Made by a program: the position numbers and the translations under genes. From positions 2,970,001 to 3,002,000 of the forward strand of contig NZ_LN831024.1 in the NCBI RefSeq assembly GCF_001457615.1: a stretch of 32,000 nt of DNA, given 5' to 3'. This document shows, in pieces, positions 17,618 through 27,871 of the stretch. Source of the stretch: Pseudomonas aeruginosa (GTDB lineage: Bacteria > Pseudomonadota > Gammaproteobacteria > Pseudomonadales > Pseudomonadaceae). The notes under the pieces were generated by a model, which was not told the origin of the DNA, did no database searches, and worked only from the letters and a program-made list of their open reading frames with translations. Position 1 is the first letter of the stretch, and every line of letters starts with the position of its first letter.

Positions 17618-18651
17618 GCCGGGAAGGCGTATTCGCGTTCGACCCGGGCGATCCGCGCGCTGAAACCGGCGTACCAGTCGCGCCGGCCGCGCGCCTGGGC
17701 GTCGCGGTGCTCCGCGTGGCGGCTCCAGGCACGGATCGCCGCCTCGCTGTCCCAGTAGGAGACGGTGATGCCGAAACCGTCGGCGCCGCGGACCGACTCC
17801 ACGCCGAGATAGCCCGGCTGGCGGCTGGCCAGTTCCAGCATGCGCTCGGCCGCTTCGGCGTAGCCGTCGTCGACGGCGCTGCGATGGGAGCTGAAGATCA
17901 CTGCGTAATAAGGTGTCGGGCCGCGCCGGGGGCGGTCGCGGCGCTGCGTCCGGCACGCCTCGACGAATGCCTTCGGCAGTGGCGGCAGGACGCCGGCCAG
18001 GGCTGCCCGCTCGGGTTGGAACAGGGTGGCGACGAAGAACGGATGCTGTTCCAGCTCCACCGCGCGGATCGCTCCGTCGGCGCTCCAGGCGCTGGCCCGC
18101 AGTGCGCCGCCGGTAAGTTCCGCGGCGAAGCGCGGGGCGATTGCGTAGCGGCAATGGTAGTCCGCCTCGATCCAGTCGGCGGCATACGCCAGGGCCAGGC
18201 GCGAGCCGCGCAGCAGGCGGACTTCCTCGCGGGCTTCGAGCAGAGCGCAGGGCAGGGCGGCGATCACCGCCTGGTCGCTGTGCGGATGCTCCTCACCATG
18301 GGTCGCCGCCTGCCAGCCGAGGGCGTTGCGGGCGAACTCGAGGATCGTGTGCTGGAAGCCGGCGCAGGTACCGAGGAACGGCCGGCGCCGGCCCCGGGCA
18401 TGGGCGATCAGGCGCAGCACCGCGTCGGCGTCGCGATAGGGGCTGCCCGGCACGCACCAGAACCCGTCATAGCGCTCCAGCGCCGGCTCGGCGGGCAGGC
18501 GGTCGCTGGCCAGCCAGTCGAATGCGATCTCCAGGCCGAGTGCCTCGCCGGCCAGGCGCAGGGCCAGGGGAATCGCCCGGTGGGCGGTGATGTGCGGGTC
18601 GTGGTCGCCGACCAGGGCAATGCGCAGCGGCGCCGCGGGAGGGGTGGACAT
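17581..18651 (-). CDS. Fusion protein: CTP-synthase-like class I glutamine amidotransferase domain + C-terminal ABM (monooxygenase-like) domain (356 aa)
   Basis: The N-terminal domain aligns by eye with the PyrG GATase domain: GTCAGFQ vs GICLGMQ, YHCRYAI vs HRHRYEV, HPFFVATLFQPE vs HPWFVACQFHPE. The C-terminal part, PYYAVIFSS...GYLGVESVRGADGFGITVSYWDSEAAIRAW, is a typical ABM fold. ATG 18651 follows GGAG; GTG 18675 is an alternative start. Confidence 0.8.
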   Translation of the reverse strand: MSTPPAAPLRIALVGDHDPHITAHRAIPLALRLAGEALGLEIAFDWLASDRLPAEPALERYDGFWCVPGSPYRDADAVLRLIAHARGRRRPFLGTCAGFQHTILEFARNALGWQAATHGEEHPHSDQAVIAALPCALLEAREEVRLLRGSRLALAYAADWIEADYHCRYAIAPRFAAELTGGALRASAWSADGAIRAVELEQHPFFVATLFQPERAALAGVLPPLPKAFVEACRTQRRDRPRRGPTPYYAVIFSSHRSAVDDGYAEAAERMLELASRQPGYLGVESVRGADGFGITVSYWDSEAAIRAWSRHAEHRDAQARGRRDWYAGFSARIARVEREYAFPAQPDTAQSPASS

Positions 18652-18737
18652 CCGTTTTCGCTCCAGTTTCGCCACGCCGGTTGGCGGGCCCTGGCGCTCA
18701 CTCTATAGTTGCGTTTCCGCACTCGATATCGGCGCCA

Positions 18738-19634
18738 ATGCAAAAGATGAATGCACCGCTGCAATATCGCCTGGACCATGCCGATCTTGCCCTGGTCCTC
18801 GCCCTGGTTCGCGGCGGCAGCCTGGCGCGGGCCGCAGAGTTGCTCAGGGTCGATGTGTCGACGGTCTTCCGGGCCATCCGCCGGCTGGAGAAGAACCTCG
18901 GCAAGGCATTGTTCGACAAGAGCCGCAGCGGCTACCTGGCGAACCAGACCGCCCGCCGTCTGGCGCAGCAGGCGGAACTGGCGGAGCAGGCGCTGGAGGC
19001 GGCGCGCATCGGCCTCGAACTGGAGCGCGAGGTGCTCAGCGGTACCGTGCGCATGACCTGCTCCGACGCCGTCCTGCATGGCCTGCTGCTGCCGGCGCTG
19101 GCGCGCTTCATGCCTGGCTATCCGGCCCTGCAACTGGAGCTGGCGACCTCCAACGACTTTGCCAACCTCAGCCGGCGCGACGCCGACATCGCCCTGCGCA
19201 TGACCCGCACGCCGCCGGAACACCTGGTCGGGCGCAACCTCGGCGAGGTGCGCTACGTGCTCTGCGCCAGCGAACGCTACCTGGAGGGCCGCGACGCGAC
19301 GGAGCCCGCCATGCTGCACTGGATCGCCCCGGACGATTTCCTTCCCGACCACCCGAGCGTGGTCTGGCGTCGTCGACACTATCCCGGGGTGCTGCCGGCC
19401 TACCGCTGCAACGGCGTGCTGGCGGTCGCCGAGATGGCCCGCGCCGGCCTCGGCCTGGCGGCGATCCCTGCCTACCTGCTACGCGACGGCGACGGCCTGC
19501 GGGTACTGGACGCCGACCTCGAGGGCTGCGCCAGCGCCCTGTGGCTGCTGACCCGTCCGGACTGCCGGGCGTTGCGCTCGGTGGTCGCGTTGTTCGACGA
19601 GCTGGGGCGGCATGTGCGATTGGGAGATGAGTGA
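18738..19634 (+). CDS. LysR-type transcriptional regulator, divergent from the GATase-ABM gene
   Basis: The HTH reads LALVLALVRGGSLARAAELLRVDVSTVFRAIRRLEKNLGKALFDK. The start is ambiguous (ATG 18738 or 18747) and neither has a clear SD. Confidence 0.8.
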   Translation: MQKMNAPLQYRLDHADLALVLALVRGGSLARAAELLRVDVSTVFRAIRRLEKNLGKALFDKSRSGYLANQTARRLAQQAELAEQALEAARIGLELEREVLSGTVRMTCSDAVLHGLLLPALARFMPGYPALQLELATSNDFANLSRRDADIALRMTRTPPEHLVGRNLGEVRYVLCASERYLEGRDATEPAMLHWIAPDDFLPDHPSVVWRRRHYPGVLPAYRCNGVLAVAEMARAGLGLAAIPAYLLRDGDGLRVLDADLEGCASALWLLTRPDCRALRSVVALFDELGRHVRLGDE

Positions 19635-19660
19635 AGGGGTGGCCGTGCCTGGTATGGCAA

Positions 19661-19684
19661 CCCTCTCCCGCGAGCGGGAGAGGG
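19661..19684. terminator. GC-rich stem-loop CCCTCTCCC-GCGAGC-GGGAGAGGG between convergent genes
   Basis: 9-bp perfect stem with a 6-nt loop, between the LysR stop (19634) and the cytochrome c stop (19707). There is no clear U-tract on either strand, so a terminator role is uncertain. Confidence 0.35.
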
Positions 19685-19706
19685 GCTGGAATGGCAGGCC
19701 TGGCGC

Positions 19707-21026
19707 TCAGCCGCGATCCGCCGCGGCCGGTCCCGGCGGCGGAATGTCGCCCACCGCCGCCGCGCCGGTGTCCTTGCGCAGGCGCCTGACCTCGTCGACG
19801 CTGACGCTTGGCGCCTGGTTGCCCCAGCTGGTGCGGATGAAGTTGACCACGTCGGCGATCTCCTGGTCGTTCATCCGCCAGCCGAACGGCGGCATGGTGA
19901 AGCTCGACGGTGCCTGGTGGGTGGCCGGCAGGGTGCCGCCCTTGAGCACGATGTGCACCAGGGAGGTCGGGTCGCTGCCGGTCACTACCGGGTTGCCGGC
20001 CAGGGCCGGGAAGACCCGCGCATAGCCCTTGCCGTCGGTGCGGTGGCAGGCCCCGCAGTTGTCGACGTAGAGCGCCGCGCCGGTCTTGCTGTCGTCGCCG
20101 TGGAACAGTGCCTGGGCCACGCTCTCGTCGTAGACGTGCGGCTGGTCGGCGGGGTCCGCCGGCGGCAGCGACTTGAGGTAGCGGGCGATGGCGGTGAGGT
20201 CGGCGTCGGTCATGTACTGCATGCTGTGCACCACCACGTCGGACATGCCGCCGAACACCGCGCTGCGCTCGCTGCGGCCGGTACGCAGGAAGCTGACCAG
20301 GTCGGCTTCGCTCCAGCTGCCCAGTCCGGTCCGGTGGTCGCCGCGCAGGCTCTTGGCGATCCAGTTCTCCAGCGGCGCGCTGCCGGACAGGTAGGCCGCG
20401 CCATCGCTCGCCGCCAGGGCCTTCTCCTGCATGCCCAGCCCACGCGGGGTATGGCAGGCGCCACAGTGGCCAAGGCCTTCGACCAGGTAGGCGCCGCGCG
20501 CCAGCACCGGGTCCTGCCCGGCGGCGGCCTGGAAGTCCTTCACCTCGGGAGCGAAGGTCCAGCGCCAGAATGCCAGCGGCCAGCGCATCGACAGCGGCCA
20601 GGGGATGTCGCTGGCCTTGTTGGGCTGCTCCACCGGCTCCACGCCATGCATGAAGTAGGCGTAGAGGGCGCGCATGTCCGCTTCGCTGACTCGCGCGTAG
20701 GACGGGTAGGGCATCGCCGGGTAGAGCGTGTCGCCGGACCTGGCCACGCCGTGGCGCACGGCACGGTCGAAGTCCTCGAAGCTGTAGTCGCCGATGCCGG
20801 TCTTGCGGTCCGGGGTGATGTTGGTCGAGTACACCGCGCCGATCGGCGTTTCCATCGGCAGGCCCCCGGCGAACGGCTTGCCGTCCCTGGCGGTGTGGCA
20901 GGCCACGCAATCGCCGGCGCGGGCCAGGTATTCACCCTGCCTGACCAGGGCCGGGTCCGGCGCTGCGGCGGCCTGGGCGATGCCGCAGGCGAGGGCGGAG
21001 AGGGCGAGGAAGGCTGTCGGTTTCAT
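19707..21026 (-). CDS. Gluconate 2-dehydrogenase, trihaem cytochrome c subunit
   Basis: Signal peptide MKPTAFLALSALACGIAQA and three CxxCH motifs (CVACH, CGACH, CGACH). GAGGAG precedes ATG 21026. It lies immediately downstream of the flavoprotein subunit. Confidence 0.9.
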   Translation of the reverse strand: MKPTAFLALSALACGIAQAAAAPDPALVRQGEYLARAGDCVACHTARDGKPFAGGLPMETPIGAVYSTNITPDRKTGIGDYSFEDFDRAVRHGVARSGDTLYPAMPYPSYARVSEADMRALYAYFMHGVEPVEQPNKASDIPWPLSMRWPLAFWRWTFAPEVKDFQAAAGQDPVLARGAYLVEGLGHCGACHTPRGLGMQEKALAASDGAAYLSGSAPLENWIAKSLRGDHRTGLGSWSEADLVSFLRTGRSERSAVFGGMSDVVVHSMQYMTDADLTAIARYLKSLPPADPADQPHVYDESVAQALFHGDDSKTGAALYVDNCGACHRTDGKGYARVFPALAGNPVVTGSDPTSLVHIVLKGGTLPATHQAPSSFTMPPFGWRMNDQEIADVVNFIRTSWGNQAPSVSVDEVRRLRKDTGAAAVGDIPPPGPAAADRG

Positions 21027-21037
21027 CGTTGCGCTCC

Positions 21038-22813
21038 TCATGCCTGCACCAGCGGACCGGGGTTCTTCAGGTATTGCTCGCGGATCGCCTTGGCCGACCA
21101 GTAGGCCAGCGCCGCCACCAGCCCAGTGGGGTTGTAGCCGGTGCCCTGGGGGAAGGCCGAGGCGCCCATGACGAAGACGTTGTGCACGTCCCAGCTCTGC
21201 AGGTAGCGGTTGAGCACGCTGGTCTTCGGATCGCTGCCCATGATCGCCCCGCCGAGCAGGTGGGTGGTCTGGTAGACCCGTGTATTGAAGTGGTCGCCGA
21301 AGTTCTTGACGTTCACCGAGATGGCCTTCGGGTTCATCGCTTCGGCGATCTTGCGCATGTGCTCGGTGACGTAGCGGCTCATGCGGATCTCGTTGTCCTT
21401 CCAGTCGAAGGTCATGCGCAGCAGTGGCTGGCCGTAGGCGTCCTTGTAGGTCGGGTCGAGGTCGAGGTAGTTGTCGCGGTAGGTCATGTTGCTGCCGTGG
21501 GCGTCCATCGACACGGTGTGCGTGTAGGCGTCCTTGACCGCCTGTTTCCAGCCGCTACCCCAGCTCGGCGTGCCGGGCGGCACGGCGAGGCCGCCGATCG
21601 GCTTGGAGCCGGCCTGGTTGACCCACATCGGCGAGCCGCCGACGAAGCCCAGCGGTCCGTGGTCGAAGTTGTCGGCGTTGAAGTCGTCCACCGCGACGCC
21701 GCCACCGCCGGTGCCGACGAAGGGGTTGGTATGCACGTCCTTGTCGAAGAACGCCTTGATGGTGGCCATGTTCTGGTAGGCGAAGTTCTTTCCCACCACG
21801 CCCTCGCCGGTGCGCGGGTCGTAGGGCTTGCCGATGCCGGAGAGCAGCAGCAGGCGCACGTTGTGGAACTGGAAGGCGCTGATGATCACCAGCTTCGCCG
21901 GCTGCACGATCTCGCGCCCCTGGGCGTCGACGTAGGTCACGCCGGTGGCCTGCCTGCCGTCGCTGTCGAGGTTGACCTTGAGCACGTTGCAGTTGGCGCG
22001 CAGTTCGAACAGCGGGGTCTGGCGCAGCGCCGGCAGGATGTTCAGGTTCGGCGAGGCCTTGGAATACATGTAGCAGGCGTAGCCGCTGCAGAAGCCGCAG
22101 AAGTTGCACGGCCCCATCTGCACCCCGTAGGGGTTGGTCCAGGGCCCCGAAGCGTTGGCCGCCGGCAGGTCGTAGGGGTGCAGGCCGAGTTCCTCGGCGG
22201 CCTTGCGGAACAGTTGCGCGGAGTACACCTGGCGCAGCGCCGGCAGCGGGAAGTCGTCCGAGCGGTCGGCGGCGAACGGATTGCCCTTGCCGACCACCTG
22301 GCCCTTGACCGTATGCGCGGTGCCGGAGGTGCCGAAGACCTTCTCGGCGAAATCGAAGTGCGGCTCCAGCTCTTCGTAGCTGACCCCGTAGTCCTGGATG
22401 GTCATGCCTTCGGGGATGAATTTCTTGCCGTAGCGTTCCTCGTAATGGCTGCGCAGGCGCAGTTCCTCGGGCATGATCCGGAAATGCACGCCGGACCAGT
22501 GCAGGCCGGCGCCACCGACGCCGTCGCCGGGAAGGAAGGCGGAGAGCTGACGGTAGGGCAGCGCGGTGTCGTTGATCCCGTGGCGGATGCTCACGGTGCT
22601 CTTGGAGAGATTCTGGAACAGCTTGCCGCGTGTGTTGTAGGTCAGCTCGTCGAGGGTGTTCGGGTAGGCGCCGTCGGGATAGGTATCGCGGTTCTCGCCG
22701 CGCTCCAGCGCCACCACGTTGAGCCCGGCCTCGGTCAGCTCCTTGGCCAGGATCGCTCCGGTCCAGCCGAAGCCGACCACCACCGCGTCCACCGGTTTGA
22801 GTGTCGTCGCCAT
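21038..22813 (-). CDS. gad: Gluconate 2-dehydrogenase, FAD flavoprotein (GMC oxidoreductase) subunit
   Basis: The N-terminal FAD fold reads DAVVVGFGWTGAILAKELTEAGLNVVALERG. 591 aa from internal ATG 22813 (SD AGGGG), 2 nt after the gamma-subunit stop. Confidence 0.9.
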   Translation of the reverse strand: MATTLKPVDAVVVGFGWTGAILAKELTEAGLNVVALERGENRDTYPDGAYPNTLDELTYNTRGKLFQNLSKSTVSIRHGINDTALPYRQLSAFLPGDGVGGAGLHWSGVHFRIMPEELRLRSHYEERYGKKFIPEGMTIQDYGVSYEELEPHFDFAEKVFGTSGTAHTVKGQVVGKGNPFAADRSDDFPLPALRQVYSAQLFRKAAEELGLHPYDLPAANASGPWTNPYGVQMGPCNFCGFCSGYACYMYSKASPNLNILPALRQTPLFELRANCNVLKVNLDSDGRQATGVTYVDAQGREIVQPAKLVIISAFQFHNVRLLLLSGIGKPYDPRTGEGVVGKNFAYQNMATIKAFFDKDVHTNPFVGTGGGGVAVDDFNADNFDHGPLGFVGGSPMWVNQAGSKPIGGLAVPPGTPSWGSGWKQAVKDAYTHTVSMDAHGSNMTYRDNYLDLDPTYKDAYGQPLLRMTFDWKDNEIRMSRYVTEHMRKIAEAMNPKAISVNVKNFGDHFNTRVYQTTHLLGGAIMGSDPKTSVLNRYLQSWDVHNVFVMGASAFPQGTGYNPTGLVAALAYWSAKAIREQYLKNPGPLVQA

Positions 22814-22815
22814 GT

Positions 22816-23532
22816 TCAACCCCTCTCGCCGGAAATCGCCACCGGCGGGAAGGGATACTTCTCGCCGCGGTCGGCCCAGTCCATGAAGTCGGCGCGGGCG
22901 CCGGGGAAACCGACCAGCTTCCAGCCCACCAGGCCGCGATTGCCGCCGTGCTGCGGATCGGAGAAGAAGCCTTCGTGGGTGTTTTGCAGCAACTGGCCGA
23001 AGAGCAGCTTGGCCGGCAGGTCCTGCAGGTCGATCTGGCCGGCTTCCAGGCGTTGCAGGATGTCGTCCTGCGCCGACGGCTCCAGCTCGGCGAACGGCTT
23101 GCCCTGGTTGGCCTTGCTCCAGCGTTCCAGGGCGGCGATGCCGACCCGGTAGATGTCGCGTGGCACCAGCTTCAACTGATGGCCGAACTCCGGCGCGGCG
23201 TCGGTGACGAACGGCCCCTGCATGTACCAGAGTGCGCCGTGCCCGTAGGGGGTTTCCATCTGTCGGTCGATGAACTCCGGCACCCCGGCCTCGATGGCGC
23301 CGGGGCCGTTGTCGTCGCTGGGGATCAGTCGCGCCACCGCGGCGTTGACGAAAGCCCATTCGGTGTTGGTGAAGAAGCGAGGCTGGTAGCGTTCGCGGGG
23401 TTTGTCCTGCTCGGCGGCGGGCGTCTGCATGGCATGGCCGACGCCATAGCCGGCCAGGGTCACCGCCGGGATCACGGTCAGGGTCTTGCGCAGGAAGTCG
23501 CGGCGGCCGTTGACGGCCTTGTCATCGGGCAT
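22816..23532 (-). CDS. Gluconate 2-dehydrogenase small (gamma) subunit with Tat signal
   Basis: Twin-arginine motif NGRRDFLRKT near the N-terminus. First gene of the three-gene dehydrogenase operon. Confidence 0.85.
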   Translation of the reverse strand: MPDDKAVNGRRDFLRKTLTVIPAVTLAGYGVGHAMQTPAAEQDKPRERYQPRFFTNTEWAFVNAAVARLIPSDDNGPGAIEAGVPEFIDRQMETPYGHGALWYMQGPFVTDAAPEFGHQLKLVPRDIYRVGIAALERWSKANQGKPFAELEPSAQDDILQRLEAGQIDLQDLPAKLLFGQLLQNTHEGFFSDPQHGGNRGLVGWKLVGFPGARADFMDWADRGEKYPFPPVAISGERG

Positions 23533-23612
23533 GGTGGGGTCCTCTCTGGATCATCACGGTTTCGTCTTTCTGATAATGATTAGCAGGCTAATTATAAGTT
23601 CATGTGTCACGT

Positions 23613-23627
23613 TGAAAAAACGTTTCA
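23613..23627. promoter_or_regulatory. Degenerate PtxS-type operator TGAAAAAACGTTTCA upstream of the gad operon
   Basis: It has the same outer half-sites (TGAAA...TTTCA) as the two perfect TGAAACCGGTTTCA sites in this window, but is 15 rather than 14 bp with an imperfect centre. It lies 81-95 nt upstream of the operon start codon. Confidence 0.5.
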
Positions 23628-23671
23628 GCAAGGATTCAGGCAGGCCAATACCGGCAAGTGAAGCAGAACGG

Positions 23672-23695
23672 CGCGCCGGGCGTCGGCCCGGCGCG
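23672..23695 (-). terminator. Probable intrinsic terminator after kguD
   Basis: 10-bp GC stem (CGCGCCGGGC/GCCCGGCGCG) with a 4-nt loop, beginning 5 nt after the kguD stop. It is followed on the minus strand by CCGUUCUGCUU, a weak U-tract. Confidence 0.5.
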
Positions 23696-23699
23696 GCCT

Positions 23700-24686
23700 T
23701 CAGGCGCCTCGCCGTCGCGCCCAGGCCGAAGGATTGACCAGGTTCAGCGGCCGCTCGCCGGCGAGGGCGGCCAGCAGGTTGTCTACCGCGCAGCGGGCCA
23801 TGGCTTCGCGGGTTTCCTCGGTGGCCGAGCCGATGTGGGGAGTGGCCACCACGTTCGGCAGGCGCAGCAGCGGCGAGTCGGGAGACAGCGGCTCGCGCTC
23901 GAACACGTCGAGGCCGGCGGCGCGGATCCGCCGCTGGGCCAGGGCCTCGATCAGGGCCGCCTCGTCGACCACCCGGCCACGGGAGATGTTGATGAAGATC
24001 GCCTGCGGGCGCATCCGGGCGAACTGCGCGGCACCGATCAGGCCTTCGGTGGCGGCGGTCAGCGGCAGGGTCAGGCAGACGAAGTCGGATTCCTCGAGCA
24101 GCGCGTCGAGGGGGCGGTAGCTCGCTGCGTAGCGTTCTTCGACGTGGGGCTTCGGGCTATGGCTGTGGTACAGCACGCGCATGCCGAAGCCGTGGTGCCC
24201 GCGCCGGGCCAGGGCCTCGCCGATGCGGCCCATGCCGACGATACCGAGGGTCTTGCCATGCACGTCGGTACCGAACTGGGCGGCGCCGACGCTCTTCTTC
24301 CATTCCCCGGCGCGCACCCAGCCGGCCAGTTCCACTACCCGCCGGGCTGTCGCCAGGATCAGCGCGAAGCCGGTGTCGGCGGTGGTCTCGGTGAGCACGT
24401 CGGGGGTATTGCTGAGGAGGATGCCGCGGCGGTCGAGGTAGTCGATGTCATAGTTGTCGACGCCCACCGAGACGCTGGCGATGGCTTCCAGTCGCGGTGC
24501 CAGGTCGAGCAGTCCGGCGTCCAGGCGCAGGCTGGCGCCGAGCAGGCCGTGGGCCTCGGGCAGGGCGTCGCGCAGGCGGGCCAGGCCGTCGCGGCCGGGC
24601 TCCTCGACCAGGAGCACCTCGACCCGTTCGCGCAGGCGTTCCATCAGGGGCGCGGAGAGACGTTTGTAGAGAACCACTTTCTTCAT
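23700..24686 (-). CDS. kguD: D-2-hydroxyacid dehydrogenase family; 2-ketogluconate-6-phosphate reductase
   Basis: NAD loop GIVGMGRIGEALARR. Last gene of the kguEKTD cluster. Confidence 0.9.
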   Translation of the reverse strand: MKKVVLYKRLSAPLMERLRERVEVLLVEEPGRDGLARLRDALPEAHGLLGASLRLDAGLLDLAPRLEAIASVSVGVDNYDIDYLDRRGILLSNTPDVLTETTADTGFALILATARRVVELAGWVRAGEWKKSVGAAQFGTDVHGKTLGIVGMGRIGEALARRGHHGFGMRVLYHSHSPKPHVEERYAASYRPLDALLEESDFVCLTLPLTAATEGLIGAAQFARMRPQAIFINISRGRVVDEAALIEALAQRRIRAAGLDVFEREPLSPDSPLLRLPNVVATPHIGSATEETREAMARCAVDNLLAALAGERPLNLVNPSAWARRRGA

Positions 24687-24704
24687 CGGATGCTCCGGAG
24701 TCGG

Positions 24705-26012
24705 TCAGGGGTGGGCCGGCGCCGCCCGCCGCGAGGCGTGCGCGCGAGCGGCATCGGGCTCGCGCTTGTCGGCGTGCGGGTTGAGGAACACGGTGAGCAG
24801 CACCGACAGCAGCAGCGCTCCGCTCATGAACAGATAGGAAGCCCCGGGCCCGCCGGTGATGCCGTTCAGGTAGCCGACCAGCCAGGAGCCGGAGAACGAG
24901 CCCAGCGCGCCCATGCTGTTGATCAGCGCCATGGCGCCGCCGGCGACGTTGGCCGGGAGGACTTCCGGGACGATGGCGAAGAACGGTCCGTAGGGCGCGT
25001 ACATGCAGGCCCCGGCCAGCACCAGCAGGGCGTAGGACAGCCAGAAGTGCTCGCTGCCGAGGGCGTAGGAACCGTAGAAGGCGATGGACGCGATGAGCAG
25101 CGGCGGCCAGACGAAACGCTTGCGTTTCTGCAACCGGTCCGAGGCCCAGGACACCCCGAGCATGGCGATCACCGCCGCCAGGTAGGGCAGCGCCGACAGC
25201 CAGCCGGCTTCTATGATGTCGATGTTGGCGCCGTGCTTGAGGATCGACGGCAGCCAGAGGACGAAGCCATAGACGCCGATGCTCCAACAGAAGTACTGCA
25301 GCGAGAGGACGATGACCTTTGGCGAACGGAACGCCTCGCGGTAGTTCTTCACTGGCTTGATGCCCTGCTGCTCGGCGGCCAGGGCGTCTTCCAGGTCGCG
25401 TTTTTCCGAGCCGCTCAGCCAGGCGGCCTGGCGCGGGCGGTCATCCACCAGGCGCCACCAGATGAAGGCCCAGATCACCGCCGGCAGGCCTTCGATGATG
25501 AACATCCAGCGCCAGCTGAAATGCTCCACCAGGTAGCCGGAGACCACCGACATCCAGAGGATGGTCACCGGGTTGCCGAGGATCAGGAAGGTGTTCGCCC
25601 GCGAGCGCTCGGCGCGGGTGAACCAGTGGCAGAGGTAGACCAGCATCGCTGGCATCACCGCCGCCTCGACCACGCCGAGGAGGAAGCGGATGCCGATCAG
25701 CAGGTAGACGTTGGCGACCATCCCGGTCAGGGTGGCCAGCCCGCCCCAGAGGATCAGGCTGACGAAGATCAGCTTCTTGACGCTGCGCTTTTCCGCGTAG
25801 ATCGCCCCCGGCACCTGGAAGAAGAAGTAACCGAGGAAGAACAGCGCGCCCAGCAGCGAGGACAGCCCGGGAGTGATCCGCAGGTCGTCGGCCATCCCGG
25901 AGGCGGCGGCGAAGCCGTAGTTGGCGCGGTCCAGGTAGGCCAGGCTGTAGGTGACGAAAACGATCGGCATGATGTACCACCAGCGGCTGCTGGCGAGGCG
26001 AGGCATGGTCAT
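24705..26012 (-). CDS. kguT: MFS (anion:cation symporter type) 2-ketogluconate transporter (435 aa)
   Basis: Internal ATG 26012 is preceded by AGGAG. It begins MTMPRLASSRWWYIMPIVFVTYSLAYLDRANYGFAA, typical of the ACS subfamily, and has kgu context. Confidence 0.9.
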   Translation of the reverse strand: MTMPRLASSRWWYIMPIVFVTYSLAYLDRANYGFAAASGMADDLRITPGLSSLLGALFFLGYFFFQVPGAIYAEKRSVKKLIFVSLILWGGLATLTGMVANVYLLIGIRFLLGVVEAAVMPAMLVYLCHWFTRAERSRANTFLILGNPVTILWMSVVSGYLVEHFSWRWMFIIEGLPAVIWAFIWWRLVDDRPRQAAWLSGSEKRDLEDALAAEQQGIKPVKNYREAFRSPKVIVLSLQYFCWSIGVYGFVLWLPSILKHGANIDIIEAGWLSALPYLAAVIAMLGVSWASDRLQKRKRFVWPPLLIASIAFYGSYALGSEHFWLSYALLVLAGACMYAPYGPFFAIVPEVLPANVAGGAMALINSMGALGSFSGSWLVGYLNGITGGPGASYLFMSGALLLSVLLTVFLNPHADKREPDAARAHASRRAAPAHP

Positions 26013-26074
26013 GGTCGGGTATCTCCTGAGCTTGTCTTGTTCTTGTCGCAACAGGTGCCGCGTGGGCGGCGGGT

Positions 26075-27827
<1,753 letters not shown>

Positions 27828-27842
27828 TCAAGCCGTGCGAAA

Positions 27843-27865
27843 GCCGCCGGCAACGCGCCGGCGGC
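27843..27865 (-). terminator. Probable intrinsic terminator after ptxS
   Basis: GCCGCCGGC-AACGC-GCCGGCGGC forms a 9-bp perfect stem 7 nt after the ptxS stop. It is followed on the minus strand by UUUCG. Confidence 0.5.
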
Positions 27866-27871
27866 GGGCCG

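Noticed and set aside
16333-18708. 791-aa plus-strand ORF spanning the MFS gene and the antisense of the GATase-ABM gene
   Set aside because: It is out of frame with the hydrophobic MFS reading frame and antisense to a gene with clear domain homology. Its composition is low-complexity Arg/Gly/Ala.
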